From contig JBMFJL010000002.1 of the NCBI GenBank assembly GCA_049973735.1, positions 1-29,414 on the forward strand: a stretch of DNA of 29,414 bases, in the 5' to 3' direction. The position numbers and the translations under genes are program-made. This stretch comes from Nanopusillaceae archaeon (GTDB lineage: Archaea > Nanobdellota > Nanobdellia > Nanobdellales > Nanobdellaceae). Of this stretch, positions 25,888-29,414 are shown piece after piece (position 1 is the stretch's first letter; every line of letters begins with the position of its first letter). The notes under the pieces were generated by a model. It was not told the origin of the DNA and did no database searches. It worked only from the letters and a program-made list of their open reading frames with translations.

Positions 25888-26616
25888 TTATGTTCTTTTC
25901 ATGGCATCTCTTAAACTTTTTAATTCTTCAATTGTTTCTCTTAATTCTTTTGTTGATTCTGATATAGCAGGAATCATTGTTCTTATTAATCTATGCAATG
26001 CTTGTATTTCTGTAGTAGCCTCTTGTATTCCTTTATCATATTCCTCTAATTTCTTAGTTGCCATATTGCTTATCTCCTGTATTCTATTTTCTAATCTATG
26101 AATATTTTCTTCGATTTTATCAATGGTATATTCTATCTTTTCCTTCCATATTTTTAGATGGTTTATTTCATCTCTAATTTGACTTAACTTATCTTCTATC
26201 ATATTTTCTACTAAAGAGTTTATATAGCTTTCAGATGGGTAGTCGAATGTTGATTTAGTTTGACCAAAGCCTGTTGATTGAAATGCATTTTGCTGTGTAA
26301 AATTCTGTTGAGGTTGGAAAGATAAATTTTGCTGTGATAAATTTTGAGAGAAATTTTGTGGAGGCATAAACTGATTAGAAAAGTTATTGCTTGGTTGACC
26401 CATTGATTGATACATATTATTTTGAGGCATATTAAATCCTAACTGGGTACTTTGTTGGGTTTGTTGCATAGTTGGACCAAATTGATAATTCATACCTTGA
26501 TCTAATGGGTAGTTACCAAAGCCCTGATTGTTCTGAAATAATGAATTTACATCTATATTATCTCTGGGTTGATTATCTTTAGCTTTACCCTTGCCAAACA
26601 GACTTACACCTTTCAT
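25888..26616 (-). CDS. Q/N/F-rich low-complexity (FG-dipeptide) protein with C-terminal coiled coil
   Basis: 242 aa. Residues about 14-121 are roughly 40% Gln+Asn (43 of 108 by my count), almost uncharged, with LFG, GFG, QFG and GFG. Residues about 130-242 show heptad-like helical sequence (IRDEINHLKIWKEKIEYTIDKIEENIHRLENRIQEI...). Confidence 0.6.
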   Translation of the reverse strand: MKGVSLFGKGKAKDNQPRDNIDVNSLFQNNQGFGNYPLDQGMNYQFGPTMQQTQQSTQLGFNMPQNNMYQSMGQPSNNFSNQFMPPQNFSQNLSQQNLSFQPQQNFTQQNAFQSTGFGQTKSTFDYPSESYINSLVENMIEDKLSQIRDEINHLKIWKEKIEYTIDKIEENIHRLENRIQEISNMATKKLEEYDKGIQEATTEIQALHRLIRTMIPAISESTKELRETIEELKSLRDAMKRT

Positions 26617-26656
26617 AAGATTATAAACTACTGTGATAGTTATAAATTTTTATTTT

Positions 26657-27043
26657 CTAATACTTTTCCTTTATATCTGTATATTTATCTTTGTTAAGAA
26701 GAGATTCCAAGTATCTCTTTATTCTTTCATCAATAATCTTTTCTGCTTCTTTTTTTGTCATAAAATCCATAGGATTCATATAATCTATAAAAGTTTCTAA
26801 AGTTTTTATTTGATCCACTGTAGCAAATAAAGATAACTGATCAGTTATAGCTTTAATTTTAATTTCTAAATCATCTATTTTATCTTTTATGCTTTGTAGC
26901 TCCTTTTCTATTTTTTCTATTTTTTCTTGTATATTACTAATAGAAGATCTGGTCGTATAGTCGATAGAGGATATTATATTATTAAACATAGAGATTTTCT
27001 CTTCAATGTATTTTATTCTCTTGATCAAATTGATATCAGACAT
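26657..27043 (-). CDS. Coiled-coil protein, unknown function
   Basis: 128 aa. IQEKIEKIEKELQSIKDKIDDLEIKIKAITDQL is heptad-rich. It is the first gene divergent from the ATPase. Confidence 0.55.
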   Translation of the reverse strand: MSDINLIKRIKYIEEKISMFNNIISSIDYTTRSSISNIQEKIEKIEKELQSIKDKIDDLEIKIKAITDQLSLFATVDQIKTLETFIDYMNPMDFMTKKEAEKIIDERIKRYLESLLNKDKYTDIKEKY

Positions 27044-27083
27044 ATTAAAATTTATATTGATTAGAATATATTAATTTTTTTAG
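27044..27083. promoter_or_regulatory. 40-bp bidirectional promoter spacer (coiled-coil operon / ATPase operon)
   Basis: tttatatt (27051-27058) lies 26-33 nt upstream of the ATPase ATG. attaatatattc (minus strand, 27064-27075) lies 21-32 nt upstream of the coiled-coil gene ATG. Both are preceded by A-rich BRE-like sequence. Confidence 0.35.
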
Positions 27084-29327
27084 ATGAACATTTCTTTACA
27101 ATACGAAATAAAAAAGGAAGGAAAAGAGAGAATTCTGTACATTGATGCTAGAGGGTACCAAAATATCGCAACCATCGAGGACGATCCCGAAATTATGGAA
27201 TTTGTCTTGAATATATTACTATCAGACCCTGCTATAGATACAATAATGATAGAACAAGATGAACTAATAGAATATTATCATGATTCTATAAAGATATTAA
27301 AATATTTTTTGGATCCATATTATGTAGTCAGGGAAAATATAAAAGCATATTATCAGTATTTAATAACTGCCAACCCTCTTTATAAAGAAGTTAGAGACAT
27401 AATAAATGCTTTAGATAAAAATTATCTAAAGGATCCTATAGGTACTTATCTATATATAAGGAGATACAAAAAATATTTGTTATCTTTAGCCAAAAATAAT
27501 AAAAGTCTTGAAGATCATGTAAACAATTTATTATCGTTATTAGATAATTTTCTAATTAAATTCGAGTCTTTACCATTCTATAAATATATAAAACCGTTTT
27601 TAATAGGACATGAAACCAGTAATAGAGAGATATACAGGAGATTATTCATAGCAGACATAAAACCTAAGTTTGTTGATACAAAATACTTACTAAAAATAGA
27701 GGAAATGTATAATGTTGTAGAATCATACAAATTAGATAAAAATACAGAAGTATTTATTTTAAAAAATCCGGAAGAAAGTGTTTTCAGATACTACATATTT
27801 CCGGAAGAATATAAGATATTTACTGAAGAGACATTTCTAGCACACAAGGCTATAGATATATTGTTACAGTATGAACCTAAGAGGGAGGATTATTTAGATG
27901 TAGAAAAACTCAGAGATATATATAATAATATATTGGATAATATATTGACAAAGTTATCTGGTTTATATAATATTAAATTAAACAAAGATCAATATGAAAT
28001 ATTAAAAAGTATCATACTTAGATATACAATTGGTTTTGGTATTATAGAAAAAATTGTTCTAGATGAGAATTTAGAAGATCTATTTGTCAATCCACCCCCG
28101 GGAATTGCTCCAATATCTTTGCAACATGGAAAATACGAACTATGTGTAACCAACGTAACTCCAACTAGAAAAGAAATAGAATCTTGGGCTACAAAATTAA
28201 GGTTAATTTCTGGAAGACCATTTGATGAAGCAAATCCTGTATTGGATACCGATCTTGTATTGGGAAAAGATATTCTGTTAAGAGTTGCCGCTATTTCTCC
28301 TCCCTTATCTCCTGCCGGTATTGCATATATATTAAGAAGGCATAGAGCAAAACCATGGACCCTACCACTATTTATAAAAAACAAGATGATAAATTATTTT
28401 GCTGCAGGCCTTTTATCATTTATAGTAGCAAATGGAAGAGCAATACTAATTGCTGGTACTAGAGGAAGTGGAAAAACGTCATTGTTAACTTCTTTGATGT
28501 TAGAATTACCAAAGAAAACTAGAATAATAACTGTAGAAGATACTTTAGAAATACCAGCAGATTATTTCAGAAAATTAGGATATAATATAGTTCCTCTAAA
28601 AGTAAGAAGTCCTTTTTCAATAAAATCCGCAGAATTATCTGCAGAAGATGGTCTAAGAGTTTCTCTAAGAATGGGAGATAGTGCAATTATTGTTGGGGAA
28701 GTTAGATCTAAAGAGGCACAGACTTTATATGAAGCTATGAGAATTGGAGCAATGGCCAATGCGGTCATGGGTACTTTACATGCGGAGAGTCCATATGGAG
28801 TATATGATAGAGTAGTAAATGATTTGGGTGTACCTAAAACATCCTTCAAAGCAACAGATATAATAGTAATTGTAAATCCAATAAGAGATCCTTCCGGACT
28901 TCATAGATATAGAAGAGTTTTAAGAATTACTGAAGTAAGAAAATTCTGGGAAGAAGATCCATTGAAAGAGAGAGGTTTTGTAGATTTAATGATATATGAT
29001 AGTGATAAAGATAACTTAGAGCCAACCTTAGAATTAATTAATGGTGATTCGGATGTTTTAAAGGCTATAGCAAGTAGAATAAAGTATTTGTCAAAATCTT
29101 GGGATAGAGTTTGGAACATGATAGAGACAAATGGATTATCAAAGAAAATTTTAGTAGATATTGCAAATGAAAAGAATAGACCTGATATTCTTGAAGCAGA
29201 TTTTGTTTCTACTTATAATGAAATGTATAGGTATTATATAAATGAAAGCATAAAAGAATATGGAGACATAAACAAGGAATATATATTGGACAATTTAAGG
29301 AAATGGATTTTAAAGAAAATACAGTAG
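27084..29327 (+). CDS. Type II/IV secretion-family ATPase (FlaI/PilB/VirB11 superfamily) with a long N-terminal extension
   Basis: 747 aa. Walker A LIAGTRGSGKTSLL at about aa 455-468, RIITVEDTLEI, IIVGEVRSKEAQTLYEAMRIG, GTLHAES. The preceding LRVAAISPPLSPAGIAYILRRH is typical of this family's N-terminal domain. The first 330 or so aa are unrecognisable. Confidence 0.85.
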   Translation: MNISLQYEIKKEGKERILYIDARGYQNIATIEDDPEIMEFVLNILLSDPAIDTIMIEQDELIEYYHDSIKILKYFLDPYYVVRENIKAYYQYLITANPLYKEVRDIINALDKNYLKDPIGTYLYIRRYKKYLLSLAKNNKSLEDHVNNLLSLLDNFLIKFESLPFYKYIKPFLIGHETSNREIYRRLFIADIKPKFVDTKYLLKIEEMYNVVESYKLDKNTEVFILKNPEESVFRYYIFPEEYKIFTEETFLAHKAIDILLQYEPKREDYLDVEKLRDIYNNILDNILTKLSGLYNIKLNKDQYEILKSIILRYTIGFGIIEKIVLDENLEDLFVNPPPGIAPISLQHGKYELCVTNVTPTRKEIESWATKLRLISGRPFDEANPVLDTDLVLGKDILLRVAAISPPLSPAGIAYILRRHRAKPWTLPLFIKNKMINYFAAGLLSFIVANGRAILIAGTRGSGKTSLLTSLMLELPKKTRIITVEDTLEIPADYFRKLGYNIVPLKVRSPFSIKSAELSAEDGLRVSLRMGDSAIIVGEVRSKEAQTLYEAMRIGAMANAVMGTLHAESPYGVYDRVVNDLGVPKTSFKATDIIVIVNPIRDPSGLHRYRRVLRITEVRKFWEEDPLKERGFVDLMIYDSDKDNLEPTLELINGDSDVLKAIASRIKYLSKSWDRVWNMIETNGLSKKILVDIANEKNRPDILEADFVSTYNEMYRYYINESIKEYGDINKEYILDNLRKWILKKIQ

Positions 29328-29414
29328 CTGTACAAGGACAATTTGCAGATTTAGAAAAAAGAATAAGATATTATAAGTATTTTTATTTTGGAGAAACCCT
29401 TAGATATTATGAAA
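29303..29414 (+). CDS. 5' end of a gene overlapping the ATPase stop (possible FlaJ/PilC-like partner), truncated by the window end
   Basis: The ATG at 29303 opens a frame (MDFKENTVAVQGQFADLEKRIRYYKYFYFGETLRYYE) that stays open to the window end and overlaps the ATPase gene by 25 nt. The product assignment comes only from the usual ATPase-platform gene order. Confidence 0.35.
   Translation, partial: MDFKENTVAVQGQFADLEKRIRYYKYFYFGETLRYYE

Noticed and set aside
26833-26848. Perfect 16-bp palindrome ATAACTGATCAGTTAT inside the coiled-coil gene
   Set aside because: A rough composition-based expectation is a couple of such palindromes per 29 kb of this AT-rich DNA. It is inside a CDS with no partner motif.
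27989-28384. Longer antisense ORFs of 89-131 aa (27989-28384, 16061-16426, 25088-25414, 11967-12272, 24305-24583, 15480-15749, 21919-22197, 28562-28849)
   Set aside because: Each is fully embedded opposite a gene with clear family motifs (ATPase, uL23/uL2, TatD, RfcL, TFE, uL4, RadB). Their low-complexity composition indicates chance open frames.
1-29414. CRISPR arrays, transposons, prophage or known defence systems
   Set aside because: I found no regularly spaced repeats, no transposase, integrase or Cas-like proteins, no nuclease/helicase/methylase combinations and no compositional island. The only repeats seen are short and explained above.

Overview
Very AT-rich (about one quarter G+C by eye), tightly packed (>90% coding) archaeal chromosome segment. 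I call 39 protein-coding genes (two truncated by the window edges), one tRNA-Val(UAC) and one strong C/D box sRNA candidate. I see no rRNA, CRISPR array, transposase, integrase or recognisable defence genes. Most genes are informational or housekeeping: ValRS, RNAP subunit D, RFC small and large subunits, uL4-uL23-uL2-uS2, aRF1, CCA-adding enzyme, RadB, TFE, RIO kinase, Mtq2-like methyltransferase, Xth, two TatD paralogues, HIT, TrxR plus PDO, a DUF59 protein and a GAPN-like aldehyde dehydrogenase. Three things point to a reduced archaeal genome of the Nanoarchaeota/DPANN type: conserved operons are scrambled, gatE is present only as a C-terminal piece, and intergenic spacers are 20-40 bp. This is an inference, since no rRNA is available to confirm it. 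The best candidate for an undescribed system is the locus at 25452-29414. It has an unusually long FlaI/PilB-family ATPase with an overlapping downstream gene. Divergently transcribed from it are a coiled-coil protein, a Q/N/F-rich (FG-containing) coiled-coil protein and a Cys-rich pilin-like protein, and no canonical archaellum partners (FlaB/F/G/H) are present. Related loose parts lie elsewhere in the window: an orphan FlaJ/PilC-like membrane gene at 13302-14954, a second pilin-like ORF between the RFC genes, and a Pro/Tyr/Gln-rich protein coupled to a membrane protein at 17517-18655. All functional calls rest on motifs read by eye from the translations; no database search was possible.
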